Made by a program: the position numbers and the translations under genes
Shown here: one piece after another, positions 8,966 through 19,788 of the stretch
Position numbering within the stretch: the stretch's first letter is position 1
Layout: every line of letters begins with the position of its first letter
Source of the DNA: Coprothermobacterota bacterium
Lineage (GTDB): Bacteria; Caldisericota; JANLFM01
DNA length: 62,760 nucleotides
Assembly: GCA_026389455.1 (NCBI GenBank)
Contig: JAPLHV010000034.1
Location: 1-62,760, forward strand
Direction: 5' to 3'
The notes under the pieces: model-generated
The model's database searches: none
What the model saw: only the letters and a program-made list of their open reading frames with translations
What the model was told of the DNA's origin: nothing

Positions 8966-9934
8966 ATGACCCGCCGCTACTTCTTCAGCAAGCTGTTCCA
9001 AGCCCTGCTGACGATCCTGATCATCCTCGTGATGAACTATTTCCTCTTCCGGGTGATGCCGGGGGATCCGGTCTCGATGTTGGTGCGCAACCCCCGCATG
9101 TCCCCGGAGGCGACGCAGAAGGTGGCCGAGATGTTCGGATTGGACAAGCCCTGGTACCAGCAGTTCGGGATCTATCTGATCAACCTGACCTCGGGCAACC
9201 TCGGAACCTCCTTCATCTACAAGAAACCGGTCGGGGGCATTATCATGGAACGCTTTCTGGCCACTATGCTATTGACCGTAGCGGCTGAAGCGCTGGCCAT
9301 CCTGGGCGGGGCGCTGCTGGGAATTATCGCCGCCTGGAAGAGAGGGAAACGGGTGGATGTGGCCGCCTTGGGCTTTGCCCTGGTGACATACGCCATGCCC
9401 ACCTTCTGGCTGGGAATCCTGATGGTGGCTCTCTTCGCCGTGACACTGCGCTGGTTTCCAACTTCCGGCATGCTCACCCCGACTCTTTCCATGGCCGGAT
9501 TCTGGCAAAGGCTGCCCGATACGCTCTGGCATCTCGTCTTGCCGGGAGTGACCTTGGCCCTGGTGCTACTGGGCGAGTACGCGCTGATCATGCGCAACGC
9601 GCTAATCGACGTGCTGACCGAAGACTACATCACTACCGCTCGAGCCAAGGGAGCGTCAGAAGGACGGGTCCTCCGCCGGCACGCCCTGCCCAATGCAATG
9701 ATCCCGATGGTCACGCTGATCGCCCTGAACCTGGGATTCACCATCACCGGCGCCCTCCAGGTGGAGACAGTCTTTTCCTGGCCCGGCCTGGGCCGGCTGA
9801 TGTATGACGCCCTGGCGGGACGCGACTACCCCTTGCTGCAGGGGATCTTCCTGATAACGGCCATCGCCGTGGTGGGCGCCAACTTCCTCTCCGACCTGAC
9901 CTACCGTTTTCTCGACCCGCGGGTGAAAGAGTAA
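8966..9934 (+). CDS. Opp/Dpp ABC permease (OppB-like)
   Basis: MPGDP, EDYITTARAKG EAA loop, RDYPLLQG. Confidence 0.92.
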   Translation: MTRRYFFSKLFQALLTILIILVMNYFLFRVMPGDPVSMLVRNPRMSPEATQKVAEMFGLDKPWYQQFGIYLINLTSGNLGTSFIYKKPVGGIIMERFLATMLLTVAAEALAILGGALLGIIAAWKRGKRVDVAALGFALVTYAMPTFWLGILMVALFAVTLRWFPTSGMLTPTLSMAGFWQRLPDTLWHLVLPGVTLALVLLGEYALIMRNALIDVLTEDYITTARAKGASEGRVLRRHALPNAMIPMVTLIALNLGFTITGALQVETVFSWPGLGRLMYDALAGRDYPLLQGIFLITAIAVVGANFLSDLTYRFLDPRVKE

Positions 9935-9937
9935 GGA

Positions 9938-10888
9938 ATGGTACACCTTCACTTCCCTTCCATTCGATCAAAGCAGCGCGGGGACAGATTGAAATCTGTC
10001 CCCGGAATCTGTCTCCCGGGTGCGAGGGCAAGGCAACGGAAAGGGTGGCGAGAAAACTGGTCCCTCTTCCGAGCCAACCGGATGGGGATGGCCGGGTTGA
10101 TTCTCTTCCTCTTCTTCGTCTTGGTGGCGATCTTCGGACCCATCCTCTGGCCCTACGATCCATTGGAGTTCGGCTCCCCGGCCGATGTCCTGCAACCGCC
10201 CAGCGCAGCGCACTGGCTGGGGACCGACGACATGGGCCGGGACGTCCTGCTGGGATTGATCGCCGGGAGCCGCGTCTCGTTGATGGTGGGGATCCTGGCC
10301 ACCGTCGTCTCAATGTCGGTGGGCGCCTTTGTCGGTTTGACGGCAGGCTACCTGGGAAAGGGAACGGATGCCGTCCTGATGCGCTTCACCGATGTCTTCC
10401 TGGTGCTTCCCTGGCTTCCCTTGATGCTGATCCTGGCCGCTCTGCTGGGGGCCAGTCTGTGGAACATCATCCTGGTGATCGGCCTGACCGGATGGGCCGG
10501 CACGGCCCGCCTGGTTCGCGCCCAGGCCTTGGCGGTGAAGGAGCGGCCTTTCGTGGAGCGGGCTCGCGCCCTGGGCTCCTCCCGCTGGGGAATCATGGGT
10601 CGCCACGTGCTGCCCAACGTTTTCCCGCTGATCTTCGCCAACACCATCCTTATTGTAGCTGTCTCGATCCTCTCCGAGACCACCCTCAGTTTCCTGGGAA
10701 TGGGCGACAGCACCCGCCCCAGTTGGGGGATGATGCTGCACTTTGCCTTCGCCTCGGGCGCCATCTCCAACGGCGCTTATTGGTTCCTGGTCCCTCCCGG
10801 GCTGTGCGTCCTGCTGGTGGTGTTGGCTTTCACTTTCATGGGGTACGCGCTGGATGAGATTCTCAACCCCAAGCTGAGGAAGCGCTGA
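9938..10888 (+). CDS. Opp/Dpp ABC permease (OppC-like)
   Basis: HWLGTDDMGRD, FVERARALG, PSWG. Confidence 0.9.
   Translation: MVHLHFPSIRSKQRGDRLKSVPGICLPGARARQRKGWRENWSLFRANRMGMAGLILFLFFVLVAIFGPILWPYDPLEFGSPADVLQPPSAAHWLGTDDMGRDVLLGLIAGSRVSLMVGILATVVSMSVGAFVGLTAGYLGKGTDAVLMRFTDVFLVLPWLPLMLILAALLGASLWNIILVIGLTGWAGTARLVRAQALAVKERPFVERARALGSSRWGIMGRHVLPNVFPLIFANTILIVAVSILSETTLSFLGMGDSTRPSWGMMLHFAFASGAISNGAYWFLVPPGLCVLLVVLAFTFMGYALDEILNPKLRKR
9979..10017. repeat. GGGGACAGATT palindrome plus an extra half-site in the oppC 5' region
   Basis: cggggacagatt-ga-aatctgtccccg followed by gaatctgtctccc. Confidence 0.8.
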
Positions 10889-10889
10889 G

Positions 10890-11837
10890 ATGCCACTCCT
10901 GGATGTGCAGGATCTGCACGTCTCTTTCTCCATGCGCCAAGGAATGGTGAGGGCTGTGGATGGGGTCAGCTTCACTCTGGAGGAAGGGGAATCGTTGGGC
11001 TTGGTCGGCGAATCCGGTTGCGGCAAGACCACCGCCGCGCTTTCGCTTCTGCGCCTTCTGCCGCCCAATGGACGAATCGACTCCGGCAAAATCCTCTATC
11101 AGGGACGAGACGTGCTGACTTTCACCGCGGAAGAGTTGCGTCGTTTCCGCTGGAAGGAAATCTCGATCATCTTTCAAGGGGCGATGAACGCCCTCAATCC
11201 GGTGCAGCGGGTAGGGGACCAGATCGCTGAAGCCATTCGCCTGCACCAGCCGGTAAGCGAGAAAGATGCCGGCAAACAGGCCCAAGCGCTGTTGGAAAGG
11301 GTGGAACTGGAAGGGCGGAGGGTAAACGACTATCCCCATGAGTTCAGCGGCGGGCAGCGCCAACGGGTGATGATCGCCATGGCCCTGGCCTGCCGCCCCC
11401 GCATCGTTATCGGGGACGAGCCTACCACTGCCCTCGACGTGATGGTCCAGGCGCAGATCTTCGAGCTGGTGGAGAGCTTGCGCAAAGAGTTGGGAATGGC
11501 CATGATCCTAATCACCCATGACCTCTCCGTGCTGGGCGACACCTGTGATCGGGCAGCGGTGATGTACGCTGGCCAGATTGTGGAGATCGGGCCCATCGAG
11601 ACCCTCTTCCAAACCCCCTGCCACCCCTACGCGCGTTGTCTGCTGCGATCTTTCCCGCGCCTGCAAGGATCTCGTTCGATGGCCGACTCGATTCCGGGCA
11701 CGCCGCCCAACTTGATTGAGGTTCCTCCCGGCTGCCGTTTTCACCCCCGCTGCCCAGAGGTCATGGCCATCTGCTCCCGGGAACAACCGCTTCTCCTGGA
11801 GCGCGGACCGCGCCACAGTGTAGCTTGCCATGGATAG
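10890..11837 (+). CDS. Opp/Dpp ABC ATPase (OppD-like)
   Basis: [22 protein letters not shown]-terminal GCRFHPRC. Confidence 0.93.
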   Translation: MPLLDVQDLHVSFSMRQGMVRAVDGVSFTLEEGESLGLVGESGCGKTTAALSLLRLLPPNGRIDSGKILYQGRDVLTFTAEELRRFRWKEISIIFQGAMNALNPVQRVGDQIAEAIRLHQPVSEKDAGKQAQALLERVELEGRRVNDYPHEFSGGQRQRVMIAMALACRPRIVIGDEPTTALDVMVQAQIFELVESLRKELGMAMILITHDLSVLGDTCDRAAVMYAGQIVEIGPIETLFQTPCHPYARCLLRSFPRLQGSRSMADSIPGTPPNLIEVPPGCRFHPRCPEVMAICSREQPLLLERGPRHSVACHG

Positions 11838-11880
11838 AACACCCTGCCGGGGGCTAGATAGAACACCCTGCCGGGGGCTA
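11833..11880. repeat. 24-bp perfect tandem duplication of the 18-bp motif family
   Basis: gatagaacaccctgccgggggcta x2; contains the oppD stop codon. Confidence 0.9.
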
Positions 11881-11898
11881 TCTACCGGAGGGGAATCA

Positions 11899-12891
11899 TT
11901 GGCGCCTGAGATCTTGCGGGTGGAAGAACTGAAAGTACACTTTCCTCTGCGCAGCAGTTTCCTGCAAGGGAAGAGCGGAGCGGTCAAAAAGGTCGTTCGA
12001 GCAGTGGATGGCATCTCCTTTTCCATCGGCGAGGGAGAAGTATTCGCTTTGGTTGGGGAATCCGGCTGTGGCAAGACCACGACTGGGAAGGCGGTTCTGG
12101 ATCTGCTTGAGCCGGACTGCGTCTCGGGGAAGATCGAATTCTTCGGCCAGGACCTACTGCGGATGAAGGCCACAGAAATGAAGCAGTTCCGCCGACGCGC
12201 ACAGATGATTTTTCAGGATCCCTACCAATCCTTGAACCCCCGCGAGACCGTCTACGACATCGTTTCCGAGCCGTTGGCGATCCATCGCCTGGCCAAGAGC
12301 GAGGCTGACCGCCGGGAGAGGGTCGCTGCCTCTTTAGAAAATGCCGGCTTAAAGCCCACTGAGGATTATCTTGACCGCTACCCGCACGAGCTCTCCGGCG
12401 GACAGCGGCAGCGGGTCGCCATTGCCGCTGCGCTGATCCTGGAGCCACTTTTCCTCGTGGCTGATGAGCCGGTTTCCATGCTGGACGTCTCGGTGCGGGC
12501 GGATATCCTGAAGCTGATGGTCTCGCTGCGCGACCGCTACCGCATCTCCTACCTCTTCATCACCCACGACCTGGCTTTAGCCTGGGTGTTGGCCGATCAT
12601 GCGGCCATCATGTACCTGGGCAAAATCGTGGAAGTGGGGCCAGCCGAAGCAGTGATCCAAAAACCTCGTCACCCCTACAGCCAAGCTCTAGTGGAGGTCA
12701 TGCCCCGGTCCGAGCCGAGGGCGGCCCGCCCTCGCGTAATCCTTCGAGGGGAAGCCCCCAACCCAGTGCAAATCCCATCCGGCTGCCGTTTTCACCCTCG
12801 CTGCCCAATCCCCCTGCCCCGGTGCAAGGAGGACGAACCGGCTTTAGAAGAGCTGGAAAGCGGCCACCGGGCAGCATGCTGGAGGCTCTAG
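11899..12891 (+). CDS. Opp/Dpp ABC ATPase (OppF-like)
   Basis: [21 protein letters not shown]; likely TTG start at 11899 after a GGAGGGG SD. Confidence 0.9.
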   Translation: MAPEILRVEELKVHFPLRSSFLQGKSGAVKKVVRAVDGISFSIGEGEVFALVGESGCGKTTTGKAVLDLLEPDCVSGKIEFFGQDLLRMKATEMKQFRRRAQMIFQDPYQSLNPRETVYDIVSEPLAIHRLAKSEADRRERVAASLENAGLKPTEDYLDRYPHELSGGQRQRVAIAAALILEPLFLVADEPVSMLDVSVRADILKLMVSLRDRYRISYLFITHDLALAWVLADHAAIMYLGKIVEVGPAEAVIQKPRHPYSQALVEVMPRSEPRAARPRVILRGEAPNPVQIPSGCRFHPRCPIPLPRCKEDEPALEELESGHRAACWRL

Positions 12892-12895
12892 CATC

Positions 12896-14089
12896 ATGGA
12901 AGAACATCTTAAGCAAAGAATTGAACAACTCACCACGGAACTGGCGCCACAACTTCTGGCGATCAACCGGTCCCTCTTTGAGAAGCCCGAGTTGGGTCTC
13001 CAGGAGCGCTTCGCCTGCGAGCTTCTGGGTGACTTTCTTCGCTCCCGGGGGTTCGCCTTGCGAACCGGCCTGGGCGGCCTCACCACCTCCTTCCAGGCCG
13101 ATTGCCCGGCATCTTGGGAAGGCCCGGCCTTCGCTCTCCTGGCTGAATACGATGCCCTTCCCGAGATCGGCCATGGTTGCGGCCATAACCTCATCGCAGC
13201 CAGCGCAGTGGGAGCCGGCGCTGTTCTGCTGCGCCTGAGGGAAGAGGGCAGCCTCAACCAGGGGCGCCTCCTGGTGATCGGCACGCCAGCCGAGGAAACC
13301 CTCGGCGGGAAGATCCCGATGCTGGCCGAGGGAGTTTTCGAGGGGATCGACGCCACCGTGATGGTGCATCCGGAGACGCTGAACATCGCCCGGGGAAAGG
13401 CCCTGGCTGTGGATCATCTTCGCTTCCGCTTCCTTGGGAAAAGCGCCCACGCCGCCTCCAACCCGCAGGCCGGGATCAACGCCCTGGAGGCTGTGCTGCT
13501 CACCTTCCAGGCGGTGAACGCCTTGCGCCAGCACCTCCCTCCCACCGCCAGGGTGCATGGGATCGTCACGCGGGGCGGAACGGCGGCGAATGTCATCCCC
13601 GATCTAGGCGAGGTCGAGTTCATGGTGCGCATGCCTCATCGGGAGGAACTGAACCTTCTGCGCGAGCGGGTCGTCGATTGTGCCCGCGGAGCGGCTCTGG
13701 CAACCGGCTGCCGCCTGGAGATCGAGGCGGCGGGGCTTCCCTGCGATGAGATCCGAGACAACCCGGCCCTCTCCGCATTACTGGAAGAGAGCATGCGCGA
13801 CCAGGGACTGAGCGATATCCTGCCTGAAGACCCCTACCCCGGCTCCTCCGATTTCGGCAACGTGAGCCAAGCGATCCCTGCTGCCTACGCCTTCGTGGCT
13901 TTCGCCCCTCCCGGCGTGGAGATCCATTCCCGCGAGTTCGCCGCGGCCACTGTAACGCCAGTGGGAGAGAAGGCCCTCCTGACCATGGTGCGAGTTCTGG
14001 CTGAAGTGGGGGCAAGATTCTGGAGCGAACCCATCCTGCGAGAGCAAGTCTATCTGGATTTCCACCAGCGCCGGGAGGACGCTGAGTGA
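12896..14089 (+). CDS. M20 amidohydrolase (Acy1L2/AbgB-like)
   Basis: GHGCGHN, PAEE, SAHAA, SSDFGNVS. Confidence 0.88.
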   Translation: MEEHLKQRIEQLTTELAPQLLAINRSLFEKPELGLQERFACELLGDFLRSRGFALRTGLGGLTTSFQADCPASWEGPAFALLAEYDALPEIGHGCGHNLIAASAVGAGAVLLRLREEGSLNQGRLLVIGTPAEETLGGKIPMLAEGVFEGIDATVMVHPETLNIARGKALAVDHLRFRFLGKSAHAASNPQAGINALEAVLLTFQAVNALRQHLPPTARVHGIVTRGGTAANVIPDLGEVEFMVRMPHREELNLLRERVVDCARGAALATGCRLEIEAAGLPCDEIRDNPALSALLEESMRDQGLSDILPEDPYPGSSDFGNVSQAIPAAYAFVAFAPPGVEIHSREFAAATVTPVGEKALLTMVRVLAEVGARFWSEPILREQVYLDFHQRREDAE

Positions 14090-15300
14090 CCGTCGAACCA
14101 TGGGAGCGGGTGGTCCAGAGCATTACGGCCGCAGAAATCCTGGCCTTGGCCAAGGAATTGATCGCCATCCCCTCTCACTCACAAACAAGAGGTCAAGAAC
14201 GAAATGTCGCAGAGGCAATCCGCTGCTTCTTTCAGAAAGAAGGCATTTCGTCCTGGCTGGAGTCGCCTCGTGGAGGACGCCCGAACGTCTTCGCCCGCCT
14301 GGGCATGGGGCACGAGCCGGCCCTCCTCTGGTGCGGCCATACCGATACAGTTCCGCCGGGGGAATACGAGGGAGATCCCTATCGCGGCGAGGTAAAAGAG
14401 GGCTTCCTCTTTGGCCGCGGAGCAGTGGATATGAAGAGCAGCCTGGCTTGCGCCATGGTCGCCCTGGCCGGATTGAAGCGAGCCGGCATCTCCCTTTGCG
14501 GGCAGGTCCTCTTCGCCGCGTTAGCCGACGAAGAAGGGGCAAGCGCGGGGGCGCGGGCCTTGCTGCGCAGCGGCTTGCGAGCAGATGGAGCGGTAGTTGG
14601 AGAACCGACCGGCTTGACGCCCTGCCTGGGGCACCGAGGCTTGGAATGGTTCCAGATCGAGTTCCGAGGCGTTCCGCTACATGGCGGCCGCCAGCAGGAG
14701 GGGGTGAACGCCATCACTCTGGCCGGACGCTTCCTGCATCGCCTGGAGGATGACTTGCTGAATGCGTTGGCAGAACGGCGTCACCCCTGGCTGGGCCCAT
14801 CGACCTTGAACTATGGACGAATCGAGGGAGGGACCCAGCCAAGCACGGTGGCGGGGCGCTGCCTCCTGCAACTGGATCGCCGCTGGATCCCGGGAGAATC
14901 TCGCGAAAGTGTGCTGACGGAACTGCAAGACCTCTTGGACCGCCTGCAGATGGAAGATCCATCGTTTCAGGCCACCGTGCGGATCATGGAAAGTAGCCGG
15001 ATGGAGGAGGGGATCGTGCATGAGGCATATTGGTTGGATCCCGGCCAACCCCTGGCCCGTTGCGTCCAGGAAAGCATCATGCGAGTCCTCGGGAAAGAAA
15101 TGGCTTTTGGCGCATTCCCAGCCTGGAGCGATGGCGGCCTTCTGGCTGCCTATGGCGGGATCCCCACTGTCATCCTGGGTCCGGGCCAGCTCTCCAGCGC
15201 GCACTCCCCCCACGAGTCGATCGATATTTCCCAGCTCTTCCCGGCATCCCTGATCTTTGCAGATTTGTTTATGCACTTCTGCGGAGAGGAGCGCGGTTAG
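14086..15300 (+). CDS. M20 peptidase, ArgE/DapE family
   Basis: GHTDTV, GRGAVDMK, DEE, GEPT, AHSPHE. Confidence 0.88.
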   Translation: MTVEPWERVVQSITAAEILALAKELIAIPSHSQTRGQERNVAEAIRCFFQKEGISSWLESPRGGRPNVFARLGMGHEPALLWCGHTDTVPPGEYEGDPYRGEVKEGFLFGRGAVDMKSSLACAMVALAGLKRAGISLCGQVLFAALADEEGASAGARALLRSGLRADGAVVGEPTGLTPCLGHRGLEWFQIEFRGVPLHGGRQQEGVNAITLAGRFLHRLEDDLLNALAERRHPWLGPSTLNYGRIEGGTQPSTVAGRCLLQLDRRWIPGESRESVLTELQDLLDRLQMEDPSFQATVRIMESSRMEEGIVHEAYWLDPGQPLARCVQESIMRVLGKEMAFGAFPAWSDGGLLAAYGGIPTVILGPGQLSSAHSPHESIDISQLFPASLIFADLFMHFCGEERG

Positions 15301-15384
15301 GGGAATCGCCTCTCGTGTCGCTCCCACTCCTCCCGGCTGCTACAATAGCGGTCAATGTGAGCACAAGAAGATGAGGGGGTTCTT

Positions 15385-16074
15385 TTGATTCACGATATTA
15401 TTGCCGCTGTAGCCGGTTGGATCATCAACATGATCTCAGCTACCGGGTATTGGGGCATTTTCCTGCTAATGGCCTTGGAGTCGGCCTTGATCCCGATCCC
15501 TTCCGAGATTACGATGCCCTTCGCCGGCTATTTGGCCGGCACCGGGCTGTTCAACCTGTGGTGGGTGATCCTGGTGGGCGCTTTCGCCAATCTGGTGGGA
15601 TCCCTGCTGGTCTTTTGGTTGGGCTGGTGGGGACAGGAAGCCTGGGTGCGCCGCGTCCTTCGTCGTTACGGCCGCTTCCTCTTCCTCTCCGAGGAGAAGC
15701 TAGACCATGCCGAAGTCTGGCTGCGCCGCCACGGCGAGAAGATCGCCTTCTTCTCTCGCCTCCTCCCCGTAGTGCGGACCTTCATCTCCTTGCCGATGGG
15801 AATGGCGCGGATGAACCCCCTGCGGTTCTCCCTCTTCACCTTCTTTGGTTCGTTGATCTGGTCGGCCGTCTTGACCTATGCCGGTTATGCCATGGGGCAG
15901 AATTGGCAGGCGCTGGAGCCGTATTATCGCGAGTATGAGATCGTCCTGGTAGCCCTTGCCGTGACGGTCCTTGCTTTCTGGATCTGGCGTCGGGTGCGCA
16001 AGCGCCTGCAGCCTCCGCCCGCCAAAGTCGCCGAAAACGACCCCGGGGTGAAAGATCCCCCAAAAGAAGGCTAA
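15385..16074 (+). CDS. DedA family membrane protein
   Basis: LESALIPIPSEI, FFSRLLPVVRTFISLPMG. Confidence 0.92.
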   Translation: MIHDIIAAVAGWIINMISATGYWGIFLLMALESALIPIPSEITMPFAGYLAGTGLFNLWWVILVGAFANLVGSLLVFWLGWWGQEAWVRRVLRRYGRFLFLSEEKLDHAEVWLRRHGEKIAFFSRLLPVVRTFISLPMGMARMNPLRFSLFTFFGSLIWSAVLTYAGYAMGQNWQALEPYYREYEIVLVALAVTVLAFWIWRRVRKRLQPPPAKVAENDPGVKDPPKEG

Positions 16075-16217
16075 CCCTCCGAGCGACCTGCGGTCCAAAG
16101 TAAGACCAATCTGCGCTGGAATTTTCCAGAGCCTAGACGGTCCTTTCGCTCTCCTTCGCTCCATTAAAGAGCAGGCGCTATCGTCGCACTGCATAAAAAC
16201 TAAATGGTTCCTTCTCT

Positions 16218-16334
16218 TTTCAAGTGGGCGTCCTACCAGCCTGCGGCAAGTTGACTTGTTGTCGTCTGCCCTGATGATCCAAGAGAACTTGTTGACCTTT
16301 AGACTGCCTTACCCACTCGGGATGAGAAAGAACC
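16218..16334 (-). repeat. 117-bp dispersed element, copy 1
   Basis: Aligns without gaps to the reverse complement of 35448-35564, with 13 mismatches by manual alignment. Confidence 0.9.
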
Positions 16335-16383
16335 TGTAAAACTCTGTCTAAAACGCCGTGATGCCCCGCATCATACCAAAACG

Positions 16384-17052
16384 CTAAATATAAAGACCTG
16401 ACCCCATCTTCTCCGTGATCGCGTCTGCTGTCGTCACGCAGGCGAAACCGAATGCGAGGTTCAGGAGACTGGCGGTATGCATCTCCTCGTTGACCGAACC
16501 CGTTCCATCCGCTGGAATGAAAACGCGGTAGTCCCGGTAGTAGGCATCGCGCGCCGTCGATTCGCAACAAAGATTGGTCATGACACCGGAAACAACGATG
16601 TCTTCCACTTTCAGACAACGCAACACGGTCTCCAAGTCCGTGTTGTAGAAGGCCGAGTATCGATGCTTGAAGACCACTTTCTCGCTGGACATCGGCGCCA
16701 AGTCCGGATGGATCTCGCTTTCCTGGCTGTCTTCAAGGCACTTGCCCTCCCACCACCATCCCATGATCCCGCTATCGAGATCGTTCGGATGATGCACGTG
16801 CCGGGTGAAGATGACGGGGCGGCCGAACCGGCGAAAGGCATCTAAGAGCCGCTTCACCGTCGGAAGAATCGCCACGCCTCCACATGTGAAGGTCTGGGAC
16901 GCCGGATCGAGGAAGAACCGCTGCATGTCGACCACGAGCAAAACGCTCGCCGCCACGTTCAGCCTCATCTGATGCCGGTTGTACGGAAGGATCCGATCCA
17001 GCCAGTCCAGAGCCTTGGATCCGATGTTCTCGGCTGTCGCGTATGGTTCCAT
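16384..17052 (-). CDS. Isochorismatase-family cysteine hydrolase
   Basis: LLVVDMQ, KHRYSAF, GVMTNLCCESTARDA (Asp-Lys-Cys triad). Confidence 0.92.
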   Translation of the reverse strand: MEPYATAENIGSKALDWLDRILPYNRHQMRLNVAASVLLVVDMQRFFLDPASQTFTCGGVAILPTVKRLLDAFRRFGRPVIFTRHVHHPNDLDSGIMGWWWEGKCLEDSQESEIHPDLAPMSSEKVVFKHRYSAFYNTDLETVLRCLKVEDIVVSGVMTNLCCESTARDAYYRDYRVFIPADGTGSVNEEMHTASLLNLAFGFACVTTADAITEKMGSGLYI

Positions 17053-17490
17053 GATTCCTCCTTGAGTTGTGCCCTGGTTCGCTTAACGATCGCTATCAGT
17101 TGCGTGCAGAGCGAAGATTGTCAACCGCAAACCGGGGTTGGGCAGTGTTTCGCCATTGCCTTTCTTGGCTGCGATCCCTTTCCGCACCATGGAATTCTTC
17201 TCCCATCATCGCTGCTGATCAGTGTAACAAAAACTGACTGTGCGAGACTACCCGTCGATCCCTGCACGTGACCTAAGTCTGGTTTAGGCAACAATGGCTA
17301 GAATCGGTTCTATCTCAATTTCCGCCTAGGTTTTGCTACCTTTCGCGAGTATCTTGGTGAAGCCTGGCGTCTCAATAGGTGGTACGCTATCGAAAGAGAT
17401 TCCGTGAAAAGCGAATGGTCCGGGTGCTTGAGCGCCTCCGGCGCCCTGCGTCTTTCACGGGATCGGAAGACTTCAATTGGAGGTGATCTG

Positions 17491-19723
17491 ATGAACTGGA
17501 ATAGAAGAAGTGTTATCTCTCTGCTGTTGTTGACCGTCCTCCTTCTCACGCTGTGCGGGTTGCCCTCGCCTGTTTCGGCGGACGGCGCTCTCCGCCTCTC
17601 CCTGGAGACCCAAGACTTCATTCGCTCCCTCGAGGAGAGGATCCTGCAGGCGGGCGAGATGGTCCCGGACCCGATTACCCTCTCCCACGCCAGGGGCCAG
17701 GCCGTCTTCCCTGCAGCCATCTACCCGGCCAGTTACGATCTGCGCACGCAGGGAAAGCTGACCCTGGTGAAAAACCAGAATCCCTACGGAACTTGCTGGG
17801 CCTTCGCCTCATTGGCTTCTTTGGAATCAGGCTTGATGCCCGGTCAAGCGTGGGATTTCTCGGAGAACCATTTGGCCCGCTGGAGCGGTTTCGACAACGC
17901 GCCGCAGGGAGCCTACAACCACGGTGGCAACGCCACCATGAGCACCGCCTACCTGGCTCGCTGGCAGGGACCGGTCAACGAGGCGGACAGCCCCTACCCC
18001 GACCCCTCCACCCCCTCGGCGCTGCCGGTGCAGAAACACGTCCAGGAGGTTCTTTTCCTCCCGCCCCGGGCCACCAAGCTGAACAATGACAACATCAAGG
18101 GCGCCCTGACGACTTACGGCGCCGTGACCGCCTCGCTATACTGGAACGATCTCTACTTCAGCGCCGCCGCCAACTCCTACTACTACGCCGGGTCAACTGC
18201 CACCAATCACGGGGTGGCCATCGTCGGGTGGGATGACAACTACGACAAGAGCCTCTTCACCGGCGCCAGTGGATCCCCTTCCAGCAACGGCGCCTTCATC
18301 GTGCGCAACAACTGGGGAAGCGGCTGGGGAGAAGGCGGCTACTTCTACCTCTCCTACTACGACAGCAAGCTGGATCTCTTCCGCGTCTTCAACAACGCTG
18401 AGGCGACTACAAACTATGGCCGCGCCTACCAGTACGATCCTCTCGGCTGGATCGGCGAGGTCGGTTGCGGCACCAACACGGCTTGGTTTGCCAACGTTTT
18501 CACCGCACAGGCCGGCGAGAGCCTCGCCGCAGTGAGCTTCTACACCACCGATGTCAATGCCGCCTATGAGGTCTACCTGAAGACCAACTTCAACGGCGCC
18601 TCCTTCGTCGGTCCGCTCCCCAGGCTACCATACCGTCAGCTTCGCCTCCCCGATCCCGGTGACCGCGGGCAGCAAGTTCTGCGTAGCGGTGAAGATGACC
18701 ACGCCCAACGATACCAACCCAATCGCTATCGAGTGCGCGGTGGCCGGCTACTCCAGCGGCGCTTCCTCCGGACCGGGCCAAAGCTACACTAGCTCGTCTG
18801 GCGCCGTTTGGACCGATATCACCACCGATCCTGATCCTCTCTTTCAGACCGCCAATGTTTGCCTGAAAGCCTTCACAACTTCCGTCGCGCCCGTCCCCAC
18901 GATTGGCTGGAGCCCCTCTTCCTTCACCTTCCAGGCAACCCAGGGAGGCCTCAATCCCTTGTCGAAGACCCTCTCCATCTGGAACGCAGGGACCGGGATC
19001 TTGAACTGGAATGCCGCTCTTAGCGCCACTTGGCTCTCCCTGAGTCCCACTACAGGCGCCTCGACCGGAGAGACCGACATCATCAGCGCTTTCGTCGATA
19101 TTGCCGGCCTAACAACAGGAACCTACTCCGCCACCATCACCCTCAGCGCCGCCGGTGCATCCAACTCGCCTCAGCAGGCGCCGGTGACACTGGTAGTCAG
19201 CCCCTCCGGCCCAGGGGTAAATCTAAACTACGATCTGGTGGCCGGCTGGAATATGATCAGCATCCCGCTGGCCCTCGCCAATCCCAACCCGGACGCTCTG
19301 CTCCCGCTCGGGTGGCCGCTCTATGCCTGGGATGCGGTCCAGGGGATCTATCTAGGCCGAGATCAAATCCTCCTTTCCCTAGGCGACGGATATTGGTTGA
19401 AAGTGCCGACTGCGCAACCTCTGGTTCTCTACGGCCCAGCCAATGAGCAAACCTCTACGGCCATACACCTGGAAATTGGGTGGAACATGATCGGCACTCC
19501 CTACCACCAGCCAGTAAGTTGGGGTTCAGTCACAGTGACCAAGGGGGCGGAGAGCAAGAACCTGGATCTGGCCATCACCGCCGGCTGGATCCAAAGCGCC
19601 TTCTACCGCTGGACTGGAACCACTTATCAATTGGTCGGCAGCGGGGGGACCTTTCAACCGACCTCCGGCTGTTGGGTGAAAACACTCCAAGCAGGCTGTT
19701 CTTTCACCTTCCCCAAGCCTTGA
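17491..19723 (+). pseudogene. Secreted papain-like (C1A) cysteine protease with lectin-like and BACON-like/C-terminal beta domains, frameshifted near 18600-18620
   Basis: Signal peptide after a GGAGG SD; QNPYGTCWAF, NHGVAIVGW, RNNWG. The homologous sequence continues as PGYHTV...KMTTP in the +1 frame (ORF 18659-19723). Confidence 0.8.
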
Positions 19724-19788
19724 GACCGCCTCTTATTGGGCGCCTTATGCGGATCGATGTGTGTGATCAATAGGAAAAGGAGAAGTCG

